Shown piece after piece: positions 37,346 to 49,448 of a DNA stretch of 64,000 nucleotides. Numbering within the stretch: position 1 is the first letter of the stretch; every line of letters begins with the position of its first letter. The notes beneath the pieces were generated by a model. That model ran no database searches and was not told where the DNA came from. It was given only the letters and a program-made list of their open reading frames with translations. Made by a program: the position numbers and the translations under genes. Source of the DNA: Mustelus asterias (lineage: Eukaryota); the NCBI RefSeq assembly GCF_964213995.1, contig NC_135821.1:29884001-29948000 (forward strand), in the 5' to 3' direction.

Positions 37346-37552
37346 CAGTAAGAAGTTTAACAACACCAGGTTAAAGTCCAACAGGTTTATTTGGTAGCAA
37401 AAGCCACACAAGCTTTTGGACCTGAAGAAGGGGCTTGGGGCTCCGAAAGCTTGTGTAGCTTTTGCTACCAAATAAACCTGTTGGACTTTAACCTGGTGTT
37501 GTTAAACTTCTTACTGTGTTTACCCCAGTCCAACACCGGCATCTCCACATCA
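37346..37552. mobile_element. Palindromic Penelope pLTR remnant
   Basis: About 70-bp inverted arms plus tail. Confidence 0.85.
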
Positions 37553-38651
37553 TTTAGACCAGGGCAGACCATGAGCCTTACAGACACGGGAGTGCCCTGT
37601 AAATGTCCCACATTATTCTAGATTGTTGACTTGATTGTTTACCCATGTAACTGTACTAAACGCTTTTTAAAAGACAAAATTGTACCCACCTCTACTACTA
37701 CCAGAATCAGACTGATAATTGGACGCTTGTTCCTTTTACAGAGAAGCAGGGTCAGAAAAGCGAGGGTTAAAGTTAAGAGGGAATCGAATCCGTTCGAAAC
37801 GCAGGTTGAAATCTTCTTTTTAACCTCCCGCGGTTCACAATCTTGTCAGCAAAAAATAAAACAAAAATGACAGAACGAATACCCACTCCTCTCCGGGGAT
37901 TTGAATGAACTTTCACAAGTTTATACAAGAAAAGATGGAGAGAATTCAATAATTTTCTAATGTTCTGGGAATCCCACTTAAATCTAAATGTAAGCAGAAC
38001 ATTCTGGAAATACTCAGCACTATCTGTGGAGAGAGAGAGAGGGAGAAACAAGATTGTTTCAGCTCCTTGCTAATTTCAGGTGAAGTGAACTAACTCTCCT
38101 GAGGTGTAAGTTACTTCACTCATTCACTCTGGGTCACAATCGAGTTTCTTCCACAGCTGCTGCTATCCTGTTTCCTATAGAAATAGAGAGGGAAGCCAGG
38201 TTTATGGGGTATTTTCATGTTTCTGTATCTTCCTCTGAGTTGAAGTCTAGTTAGTTTCGCCTGGGTGTTGTGTCTTATTTGACATTGGAGCTGAAATCGG
38301 AGTGGACTGAACCACTTTGTAATTGTTGGCACGCAGGAGGAGGCCATTCGGCCCCGGCTCTCCCAAAGTGCCATTCCCCTGCCCCCTGCACAATCTCAGA
38401 CACAATCGAGAAGCCACTCTGAACCAGGCTGCCACGCAGCAGGAAAAAGGCAGAATGCGATACCGCTGAAAGAAAGAGTAAGATCGTTCTGCTCTCTGTC
38501 TCAAACCTCTCCTGTCACATTCCATTCAGAATCCACTCCATCCTTCTGTGTGATTAATTAGGGCAGAGTTTCTGAGTCATTTTTAAACAGCATTGCCTAG
38601 CTGACGTGTGAGTATTTCACCCATCTCTTATCCCGTATATGTTAACGCTAT

Positions 38652-38723
38652 GGCCCCATGGTGTAATGGTTAGCACTCTGGACTTTGAATCCAGCGATCC
38701 GAGTTCAAATCTCAGTGGGACCT
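38652..38723 (+). tRNA. trnQ-TTG: tRNA-Gln (anticodon TTG)
   Basis: GGCCCCATGGTGTAATGGTTAGCACTCTGGACTTTGAATCCAGCGATCCGAGTTCAAATCTCAGTGGGACCT. A and B boxes intact, TTTT terminator at 38731-38734, one T-stem mismatch at 38714. Confidence 0.92.
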
Positions 38724-38744
38724 TAACATGTTTTGGGGAAGCAG

Positions 38745-39290
38745 GGGTGTGGGAGGTGGATCAGAGATCCAGGGTACTCTGGGTTCGGATCCCACTTATG
38801 GCAGATGGTGGAATTTGAATTCAATAAAACATCTGGAATTGGAAAGTCATGACCACAAAACCATTGTTGTAAAAACCCATCTGGTTCACTGATATCTTTT
38901 AGAGAAGGAAATCTACTGTCCTTACCTGGTCTAGCCTACATGTCATAGAAATCTTAGAAACCCTACAGCACAGAAAGAAGCCATTCGGCCCATCGGGTCT
39001 GCACCGACCACAATCCCACCCAGGTCCTACCGCCATATCCCTACATATTTTACCCTCTAATCTACGCATCCCAGGACACTAAGGGGCAATTTTAACATGG
39101 CCAATCAACCTAACCCGCACATCTTTGGACTGTGGGAGGAAACCGGAGCACCCGGAGGAAACCCACGCAGACACGAGGAGAATGTGCAAATGTCACTCCA
39201 CCAATGTGGTTGACTCTTAATTACCCCTCAGGAATGGGCAATAAATGCTGGCCCAGCCAGCGACGCCCACATCCCATGAACGAATAAAAA
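38745..39290 (+). mobile_element. Second tRNA-derived SINE family (also at about 10230-10445 and 55940-56200(-)), split by an HE1 copy
   Basis: GGGTTCGGATCCC B box and ...GGGCAATAAATGCTGGCC...GAATAAAAA tail. Confidence 0.65.
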
Positions 39291-41029
39291 GACATGGTCT
39301 TAAGAATCATAGAATCATAGAAACCCTACAGTGCAGAAGGAGGCCATTCGGCCCATCGAGTCTGCACCGACCACAATCCCACCCAGGCCCTACCCCCACA
39401 TATTTACCCACTAATCCCTCTAACCTACGCATCCCAGGACTCTAAGGGGCAATTTTTAACCTGGCCAATCAACCTAACCCGCACATCTTTGGACTGTGGG
39501 AGGAAACCGGAGCACCCGGAGTAAACCCACACAGACACAAGGAGAATGTGCAAACTCCACACAGACAGTGACCCGAGCCGGGAATCGAACCCGGGACCCT
39601 GGAGCTGTGAAGCAGCAGTGCTAACCACTGTGCTACCGTGCCGCCCAAATAATAATAAAGGGAATTCATGTTTGACAAGTCTGTGCGAGTATTTTGAAGG
39701 TTATAACAAGAATGAAAAAGTAACTAGCATGGTATGATGTAAATTAGATTTTCAGAATATGTTTAATAAGATTGCATACAAGAGGTTTTAGATAATGACC
39801 CATGGGATTGGGTATACGCTTCACCAACTGACCCAACTCTTCGACAGCACCTTCCAAACCCACGACCACGACCATCTAGAAGGACAAGGGCAGCACCACC
39901 ACCTGGAGGTTCCTCTCCAAGTCACTCATCACCCTGACTTGGAAATATATCGATATTCCTTCACTGTCGCTGGGTCAAAATCCTAAAGCTCCCCCTGCTA
40001 ACAGCACCGTGGGTGTACCTACATCACATGGACTGCAGCGGTTCAAGAAGAGAGGTTAGTGATGGGTGAAAAATGTTGGGCTTGTTGGTGATGCCCGCAT
40101 CCCAAGAACAAGTTTTTAAAATTGAATTTAGGAATAATGAATGGACAGGAAGAGGAGGAATATCTGGGCCATTTTCAGGGCTGCAGGTGGAGGATTGGTG
40201 CTTTGACCATGGCTATATCCAGGGGTTGGGTGTAACATATCCAAGTTTCTCTGATGACATGAAGTCAGGTGAGAAAGCACGCTGTAAGAAAGAGCCAGAG
40301 GTTTCAAAATGATGCAGAGTAATGAAGTGATTGGGCAGGAAGGGAGCATTTTGTGGGGAAATGTGAAACTATCCACTCTGGTAGGAAGAACAGAAAAGCT
40401 GAACATTGTTTGACTTGGTAAGTGCTGGTGGAATCCCTACAGTACAGAAGGAGACCTTTCGGCCCATCGAGCCTGCCCTGAACACAATCCCACCTAGGCC
40501 CTAGCCCTGTAATTCCACATATTTACCCCTTTAATCCCTCTCGCCTTCACATCCCAGGACAGTAAGGGGCAATTTAGCATGGCCAATCCACCACACTCAC
40601 ACATCTTTGGACTGTGGGAGGAAACCCATGGGGAGAACACGCAAACTCCACACAGACAGTGACCTGAGCCGGAGAATTGAACCCAGGTCCCTGGAGCTGT
40701 GAGGCAGTAGTGCTAACCACAGTGCTATCGTGCCACCCACTAATTCTGTGCAGGGTATTCATCATCCTTCAACATCAATCACACAAAGTTAACATTTAAG
40801 CCCAGTAAGCAAATGGAATGTAGAACAGGAACAGGCTCTTCCGCCCACAATGTCGTGCCGAACATGACACCAAATTAAACTAATCCCTTCTGCCTGCCTT
40901 TGCTCCATATCTCCTTGCATATTCATCTGCTTATCTAAAAGCCCCTTAAATGCCCTTATTGTATCTGCCTCTACCACCACCCCCGGCAGCGCGTTCCAGA
41001 CACTTAACACTGTCTGTGTAAAAAAACTT

Positions 41030-41626
41030 GTAAGAGTTTTGACAACACCAGGTTAAAGTCCAACAGGTTTATTTGGTATCAAATACCATTAGCTTTCTGA
41101 GCGCTGCTCCTTCGTCAGATGGAGTGGAAATGTGCTCTCAAACAGGGCACAGAGACACAAAATCATGTTACAGATACAGTACAGAAGGAGACCTTTCGGC
41201 CCATTGAGCCTGCCCTGAACACAATCCCACCTAGGCCCTAGCCCTGTAATTCCACATATTTACCCCATTAATCCCTCTAACCTACACATCCCAGGACAGT
41301 AAGGGGCAATTTAGCATGGCCAATCCACCACACTCACACATCTTTGCTCTGTGGGAGGAAAGCGGAGCAAACCCATGGGGAGAACATGCAAACTCCACAC
41401 AGACAGTGACCTGAGCCAGGAATTGAACCGAGGTCCCTGGAGCTGTGAGGCAGTCGTGCTAGCCACAGTGCCCTGTTTGAGAGCACATTTCCACTCCATC
41501 TGACGAAGGAGCAGCGCTCCGAAAGCTAATGGTATTTGCTACCAAATAAACCTGTTGGACTTTAATGTGGTGTTGTTAAAACTCTTACTGTGTTTACCCC
41601 AGTCCAACGCCGGCATCTCCACATCA
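41030..41626. mobile_element. Inverted Penelope pLTR pair enclosing a SINE copy
   Basis: Arms at 41030-41150 and 41468-41590, plus tail. Confidence 0.85.
41496..41532 (+). ncRNA. Minimal hammerhead ribozyme (Penelope pLTR)
   Basis: ccat CTGACGA A GGAGC agc GCTCC GAA AGCT A atgg. Confidence 0.82.
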
Positions 41627-42209
41627 TAAAAAAACTTGCCCTTCACATCTCCTTTGAACTTTCCCCCTCGCACCTTAAGTGCGTGTCCCCTAGTATTAGA
41701 CATTCAACTCTGGGAACAAGATTCTGACTGTCAACCTTATCTACACCTCTCATGATTTTATAGACTTCTATCAGGTTTCCCCTCAGCCTCTGTCACTCCA
41801 GAGAAAACAACCCTTGTTTGTCCAACCTCTCCTTATAGCCTCTAATCCAAGCAACATCCTGGTAAACCTCTCCTGCATCCTCTCCAAAGCCTCCACATCC
41901 TTCCTGTAATGTGGTGACCAGAATTGAACAAAATACTCTTAAGTGTGGCCGAACCAAAGTTTTATAAAGTCGCAACATGACATCCTGACTGTTGTACTCA
42001 ATGCCCTGACCAATAAGTAGGAAGGCAAATGATGTTAACTTTTATTGCAAGTGGGTAAGTGGATAAGAGTGTCTTGCTGCAATGATATAGAGCTTTGGAG
42101 AGATTGAATATGGAGCACTGTATCCAGCTTTACTTGCCTTATCAAGGGAAGAACCTATTTTCCTTAAAGACAGTAAAGGTTCACTGGACTGATTATTGTC
42201 TAAAGAACC

Positions 42210-43970
42210 CAGAGAGAGAGAAGCAGAACTTCAATAAAGATCGCGCTGAGAGAGAGGTGGACCCGGCGAGTTAAGACAATAAGGGGAGGGAGCTGTGAGG
42301 AGGAGATCACCTCAGCAAGGGTTAAAAGACAGTGACAGTGCAGGAAAACTGCAAGTTCATTGTTTGGTAAGTAACCACTAATTTGAATTATCCATTCTAA
42401 GTTGCTTTCAGAATAAAGGTAAATGGGAGGAATATTTTAGATCAAAAACTTAAGACCACACAAAAATAAAAAAAACGAATTAAATAAATAGAAATGCAGG
42501 GCCAGGCAACGTGTTTTTTTTTGTATTTTTATTCCAATTCAATCCAATCAAGTCCAATTCAGAGTCTCAACAAGTTGAGACATTTCCGATCCAAGCTGAC
42601 AAGACAGGGCCTTCACACCTGTCTTGGGCCTGATCTACATGAGCCAAGCTGATTGGAGTAGGCAGAGGTTTCCTCCTCCAAGGCTTGATCTCATTTGCAT
42701 CTTAGCCAAAAGGCCGAGATGCCGCTTTTAAAAATTGCTTCATATGAAACATATGAAGCTTCAGTGTAACCCAATGACCTCAATCAAGTGCAGCATCCTA
42801 TCCATACTACACTTGATCTTAACCAAAAGGCCTTCATGCATGATGTGGGAGCTGGTGGACCCCGTTGTGGTTCATAGTGACCACATCTGTTGCAAGTGTT
42901 GGTTGCTCAAGGGACTGCAGCTCAGAGCTGATGAGTTGGAGTCTGGGCTTCGGACACTGCGGCACATCAGGGAGGGTTGTGGTTCAGGATACAGTCACAC
43001 CCCTTAGATCAGCTACCTTGAATTCGGTCAGGGACAGAGGCTGTGACTGTGAGTGAAGCAGGTAGAGGGATCTAAGGATAGCACTGCAGGAACCTCAGCC
43101 CCTGCCCGTGTCCTCTTTGCTTAACCCTCTCTCCACTCGCATTGTCTGTACCTGTAAAGATTTGATTACCTGTTAAGACTCGCATTCCAACCATTATCTT
43201 GTAATTGTGTCTATATATGCCCTGTTTGTGAACCGAGCTCTTCACTCACCTGATGAAGGGGCAACGCCAGAAAGCACGTGCTACCAAATAAACCTGCTGG
43301 ACTTTAACCTGGTGTTGTGAGACTTCTTACTGTGCCTTGTCCAACAGGTTTGAGATTCTTACCCCCTGCGTGGATGAGACTGTCGGGGAGATGAACAAAG
43401 TGATCATAGCACCATGGCACAGGGAGTCATTCACGTGGGGGGAAGAAAAGAGAAATGTCGTCATAATAGGGGATGATATAATTAGGAACATAAACACTGT
43501 TCTCTATATCCAGGATCGAGAGTCTCGAAGGATGTATTGCCTACCTGGTGCCAGGGTCCAGGATATCTCAGCTGGGTTGCAAAGGACCTTGTGGTGGGGC
43601 GGAGATCCAATTGTTGTTGTCCATGCAGGTACCAACGATATAGGTAGAATGGGGGGAAGAGATTCTGCAGAGGGAATATGAGGAGCTACGGGGAAAATTA
43701 AAAAGCAGAATTAAAAAGGTAATAATGATCTCCGGATTACTACCTGAACCATGAGCTAATTGGCACAGGGTCGATAAGATTAAAGAGGTAAACGTGTGGC
43801 TCAAAAGTTGGTCTTGGAGAAATGGGTTCAAATTCATGGGACATTGGCACCAGTACTGGGGAAGGAGGGAGCTGTTCCGCTGGGACAGTCTTCGCCTAAA
43901 TCGTACTGGGACCAGAGTCCTGGCGAATCGCACAACTAGGGCTGTAGATAGGGCTTTAAACTAAATAGTG
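42210..43970 (+). mobile_element. CR1 5' region (ORF1 zinc finger + esterase remnant) with nested U2-headed element and Penelope end
   Basis: CMMWEL...HICCKC, SNRFEIL, GDDIIR...CLPGA...HAGTNDIG. Confidence 0.75.
42514..42832 (-). mobile_element. Poly(A)-tailed retroposon with U2 snRNA-derived 5' head (SINEU-like, or a derivative of a U2-targeting LINE)
   Basis: The minus strand starts GGCCTTTTGGtTAAGATCAAGTGTAGTAT (U2 nt 11-39). A second U2 match TCTCGGCCTTTTGGCTAAGAT lies at 42699-42719. It ends in AATAAA...A-tail and interrupts a CR1 ORF1. Confidence 0.8.
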
Positions 43971-44299
43971 GGATGAGGGGGTTGGGGGGGGGGGGGGGGG
44001 GCTGTTGGAGGGGGTTTTGAGGTGGCCGAATACCGTCAGAAATTTCAGACAATACAAGACTCACGAAGCCAGTGTCGCAGTTAAAGATGTAACCTTTATT
44101 TTGACCAGCAGCTGCTGGGAGAAATCATCAAAGGGTCAGGAAAGCTCCCGTGATGGAACAGCTGGACCTCTCCAATGAATTCAAACATATACAATTCAAA
44201 ACAGACCAATTATAGATTTTCTTATCAATTACTCCCACCTTTCATTAGCTTTAAATCAATCATCTTCAATATACATAAATCAACAATAATAACTCTCAT

Positions 44300-45351
44300 A
44301 TAGAAACATAGAAAACTACAGCACAAAACAGGCCCTTCGGCCCCACAAGTTGTGCCGAACATATCCCTACCTTTTAGGCCGACCTATAACCCTCCATCCT
44401 ATTAAGTCCCATGTACTCATCCAGGAGTCTCTTAAAAGACCCTATTGAGTTTGCCTCCACCACCACTGACGGCAGTCGATTCCACTCACCCACCACCCTC
44501 TGTGTGAAAAACTTCCCCCTATCATTTCCCCTGTACCTACCCCCTAGCACCTTAAACCTGTGTCCTCTCATAGCAGCCATTTCCACCCTAGGAAAAAGCC
44601 TCTGAGAGTCCACCTGATCTATGCCTCTCAACATCTTATATACCTCTATTAGGTCTCCCCTCATCCTACGTCTCTCCAAGGAGAAAAGACCGAGCTCCCT
44701 CAGCCTATCCTCATAAGGCATGCCACTCAATCCAGGCAACATCCTTGTAAATCGCCTCTGCACCCTTTCAATCTTTTCCACATCCTTCCTGTAATGAGGC
44801 GACCAGAACTGAGCACAGTACTCCAAGTGGGGTCTGACGAGGGTCTTATATAGCTGCATCATTATCCCCGGACTCCTAAACTCAATCCCTCGATTGATAA
44901 AGGCCAGCACGCCATACGCCTTCTTAACCACCTCCTCCACCTGCGGGGCCGATTTTAGAGTCCTATGGAACCGGACCCCAAGGTCCTTCTGATCCTCTAC
45001 CGTACTAAGAGTCTTTCCCTTTATATTGTACTCCTTCATCCCATTTGACCTGCCAAAATGGACCACTACGCATTTATCTGGGTTGAAGTCCATCTGCCAC
45101 TTGTCCGCCCAGTCTTGCATCCTATCTATGTCCCTCTGTAACTCCTGACATCCCTCCAGACTATCCACAACCCCACCAACCTTGGTGTCATCGGCAAACT
45201 TACCAACCCATCCCTCCACTTCCTCATCCAGGTCATTTATGAAAATGACAAACAGCACGGGTCCCAGAACAGATCCCTGGGGCACACCACCGGTGACCGA
45301 CCTCCATTTAGAAAAAGACCCATTTATACCCACTCTCTGCCTCCTTTGGGC
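44300..45351 (-). mobile_element. 5'-truncated CR1 RT
   Basis: 319-aa ORF with GVPQGS and FADD motifs. Confidence 0.93.
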
Positions 45352-45744
45352 TATACTTTAGCCAATCGTACCTTACTTTCTGGTATCATGGTATTTTATC
45401 TGAACAGGCGCCGGAATGTGGCGACTAGGGGAATTTCACAGTAACTTCATTGCAGTGTTGATGTAAGCCTTACTTGTGACACTAATAAATAAACTTTACT
45501 TTATTAGTCCGTAGAATCTGGAAGCTAACTCCTGTCTTGGCGAACCCCACTTCCTCTGTGCCGGGCAATCTCAGACGCTAGCCACAAAGTTCAAAGTGAA
45601 CCATAGATTCACCTACAGTGCAGAAAGAGGCCATTCTGCCCATCAAAACTGCACCAACAACAATCTCACCCCAGGCCCTATCCCCACAAGCCCACACACT
45701 TACCCTGCTAACCCCTCACAAAAAACATGATATGAATACATTTC

Positions 45745-46478
45745 TTAAAGGAACATGGAATTTTGGCATTTATTGCCAAAGGAATAGAATATAAAAGTAG
45801 GGAAGTGTTGCTGCAAATGTACAAGGCATTCGTGAAACTGAGCCTGAAGTATTTTGTACAGTTTTGGTCCCCTTACTTAAGGAGGAATGTAGTTGCATTG
45901 GAGGTGGTTCCAGAGGAGCTTCACTGGATTATTCCAGAGACGGGGGGGAGGGGTCGTGTTATGTAGAGAAATTGAGCAGGTTAGGCCGATACTTTCTAGC
46001 GTTTAGAAGAATGATTGGAGATCTAGTTGAGGTGTACAAGATGATAAAGGGGATTGACCGGGGTGTAGCGAAAGATCAGTTTAATACATGGTAGAGCCAT
46101 TCAAGAGACTGATGGGAAGAAGCTGTTCTTGAGTCGGACATAGAGAGGATGTTTATTCTGGTGGGGCAATCTAGAACAAGAGGTCATAGTTTTAGGATGA
46201 GGGGTGGCAGATTTAAAACAGAGATGAGGAGAAATTACTTCTCTCAAAGAGTGGTGAATCTGTGGAATTCACTGCCGCAGAGTGTGGTGGACGCCGGGAC
46301 ATTGAGTAAATTTGAGGAGAAGATGGACAGATTTTTAATCAGTAATGGGTTGAAGGGTTATGGAGAATGGGCAGGAAATCAAGTGAAATTGAGGCTGAGA
46401 TGGGATCAGCCATGAATGGCGGAGCAGGCTCGAGGGGCTGAATGACCTACTCCTGCTCCTAGTTCTTATGTTCTTATG
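45745..46478 (+). mobile_element. Decayed CR1 3' fragment
   Basis: GIEYKS, VQFWSPY and FSQRVVNLWN motifs; (TTCTTATG) tail. Confidence 0.8.
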
Positions 46479-48102
46479 CCCTCTGAGAAAGGTTCAGTCA
46501 AACGGGATGGGATCTTTCAGGATTTCGAAGAATGAAAGATGTTCTCATTGAAATAAAATTCTTAGATGGAGTAAATACTGGGAAGTTATCTCCACTGGCT
46601 GGGGAGTCTAGAACCAAGAGTTATAATGGTCTCGGGAAAAGGGACTTTTTGAGACTGAGATGAGGAGAAATTTTTTGTTGTGAACCTTTGGGTTTTTCAG
46701 TGGGTTCAGTCATTGGGCAATATTCAAGCACATTCTGAGATCCATATATTCTTGGTCAATGAGGAATTGATTTCATAGCATCATGAAATCCCTACAGGCC
46801 CATCGAGCCTGCACCGACAATATTCCCATTCGGGCCCTATCCCCATAACCTCACGTATTAATCCTGCTAATCCCCCTGATACTAAGGGTCAATTTAGCAT
46901 GGCCAATCCACCGAACCGGCACATCTTTCGATTATGGGAGGAAACTGGAGCATCCGGGGAAAAACCACGCAGACACGGGGAGAGCATACAAACTCCACAC
47001 AGACAGTCAACCTAGAACAGAATCGACCCGGGGTCCCTGGCACTGTGAGGCAGCATTGCTAACCACTGTGCCACTCTAGAAGGTTCAAACACGATCTTAT
47101 TGAATGCCAGCAGGGACTTGAGGGGCCAAATGGCCACCTCCTGCTGCTATTTCTTATGTTATTCAACAAACTTATTGTCAGACCTTAACTTGTGTTTAAT
47201 TCAAAATGATTTTAAACTGATGATTTATCCCCCCTCTGAGTTTAGTCTGAAATTATGTGCACCCAGCTTTCCTCAAAGTTTGAACAATGAGAAAAAACTG
47301 AGATTATAGGGTTTACATTGAAATAATATTCTATTTGTACTCACTTGTCGGTTACAACTTTTACCTTTATTTAACTATGGCAACTTCATTTAATCAGCAT
47401 CTTTCCCGTCTATTCTAGGATTAAGTTTTAGGTTGGATTTAGTCAGTGTGAAACAACCAGCTGAAGTGTGGTTTCCCCTTTTTATAGCAACATATTTGTT
47501 TTAAGGCTAATTAGTAATTAATTAATACTTATATATAGTCATTTGGTAGTACAAAACGTGAGTGTTGCTGAAACAAATGACATGCTATTGAAACTTTGCA
47601 TCTTGAACTCATCAGGGCAGTTTGCAAGAATACCAATAGTAGCGGAGCAACAATTTATACCGCACGAGACGAGAGTGCTGATTTGTTGGCAATCTGATTG
47701 GCAGAGGCATTGCCATGGAGAATGCAGTAGGGAGCAGTTAACTGCCAAGCTTTTGTTCAAATTCAAACCTGGCATGTGGACTCAGGTTTGTCAAAGCATT
47801 GCCCTGGGGACTGAACCAGGGAATGACTGTCCTCAAAACTTTTATTTATTTGGGTGGCAGGTGGCACAGTGGTTAGCAGTGCTGCTTCACAGGGCCAGGG
47901 ACACAGGTTCAAATTCGGCCTTGGGTCACTGTGAGGAGTTTGCACGTTCTGTTTGAGTCTGTGTGAGTTTCCTCCGGGTGCTCAGGTTTCCTCCCACAGT
48001 CCAAAGATGTGCCGGTTAGGTTGATTGGCCATGCTAAATTGTCCTTTAGTATCAGGGGAATTAGCAGGGTAAATATGTTGGGTAAATACATAGGGATATG
48101 GG

Positions 48103-48412
48103 TGTTTCTTCGGAAGGAACTCTTCAAATGCAAACAATAAAAATATAACAAAACTTACTCCAACTTATAAATCAAAGAAAGGGTTTAATAAAGAAACTTC
48201 ATTACTCCAAACTTGGGCCCTCGCCCTGGGCCATTCCAAGTTCCCCCACAATTCCCAACAGGTACTTATTGATACTGAGTTTAGCTGGTCAGCTGACCAT
48301 CACATCATTCTGTAATTGGTTCCATGGTTAACTGGGTCAGCTGACCCTTACAGCTTGTTGCCATTGGTCACATTACATCCAATACAAAGTTGTCACCGGT
48401 TACATTCTAACA
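48103..48412. mobile_element. Solo LTR inserted in a SINE
   Basis: TGTT...AACA termini, 5-bp TSD ATGGG, two internal GGTCAGCTGACC palindromes. Confidence 0.75.
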
Positions 48413-49004
48413 ATGGGGATAGGACCTGGATGGGTTTGTTGTTGGTGCAGGCTCGATGGGCCAAATGGCCTCCTTCTGCACTGTAGGGGTTCTATGATTC
48501 TACGAAAGGACGCAATATGTTTGACATATTCCTGTCCTTTATTGAATCATCTACATAACTGAGAAGTCAAGTGCGATTGCTTCAGTGAACAATTTATTGC
48601 CGATCAGACTCTAACAAATATCTAATGTGGCTGATTTTGTTGTGAGTGTTATGAAGAGTGCTGGTGCAGCACCTTGGTGTATCTTACTGCCTCTCTGTCA
48701 TTCAACGAGTAAATAAATTCAGCTAAATAGTTTAGCCTGTACTCATAGTTTGAGTGGTGTAGATTTTTTTTCTTTTACAGAGAAGGGAAACAGAAGAATG
48801 AAGTGGGCATTTTATGCACTACAGATGTTCATTACAGTATAATTGCAGTTTATTTGTGATAACCCATTAACAGCAAGTTCCTCTTCACAGGAGGCCCACT
48901 TTGTTAGAAAGGTCACACTTGAACCCTGGGAAATCTCAACTTACATTTTTGTTCTTTCGAACTTGATTAAATATTTTGCTATGTGCAAGAGTTCTAGAAC
49001 TCTA

Positions 49005-49448
49005 GAAAGGAGAGGCTGGTTAGATTGGGACTTTTTTACCTGGAGCGTAGGAAACTTAGGGGTGATCTTATAGAGGTCTATAAAATTATGAGGGGCATAG
49101 ATCCTAGATTGCTAGGATCTAGATAGTCAATATCTTTTCCCAAAGGTAGGTAAAATGAGAGGACATAGGTTTAAGGTGAGAGGGGAGAGATACAAAAGGG
49201 TCCAGAGGGGCAATGTTTTCACACAGAGGGTGGTGAGTGTCTGGAACAAGCTGTCAGAGGTAGTAGTAGAGGCGGGTACAATTTTGTCTTTTAAAAAGCG
49301 TTTAGACAATTACATGGGTAAGATGGGTATAGAGGGATATGGGCCAAATGCAGGCAATTGGGACTAGCTTAGTGGTTAAAAGAAAAGGGCGGCATGGACA
49401 AATTGGGCCGAAGGGCCTATTTCCAAGTTGTAAACCTCTATGACTCTA
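49005..49448 (+). mobile_element. CR1 3' fragment
   Basis: RGHRFKVRG and FTQRVV motifs. Confidence 0.85.

Larger units (their letters stand above)
40820..42015 (-). mobile_element. CR1 3' fragment interrupted by a Penelope insertion (41030-41626)
   Basis: RT C-terminal motifs on both sides of the insertion. Confidence 0.8.

Noticed and set aside
42699-42832. Functional U2 snRNA gene
   Set aside because: Only nt about 7-39 are present; no Sm site or 3' stem-loops.
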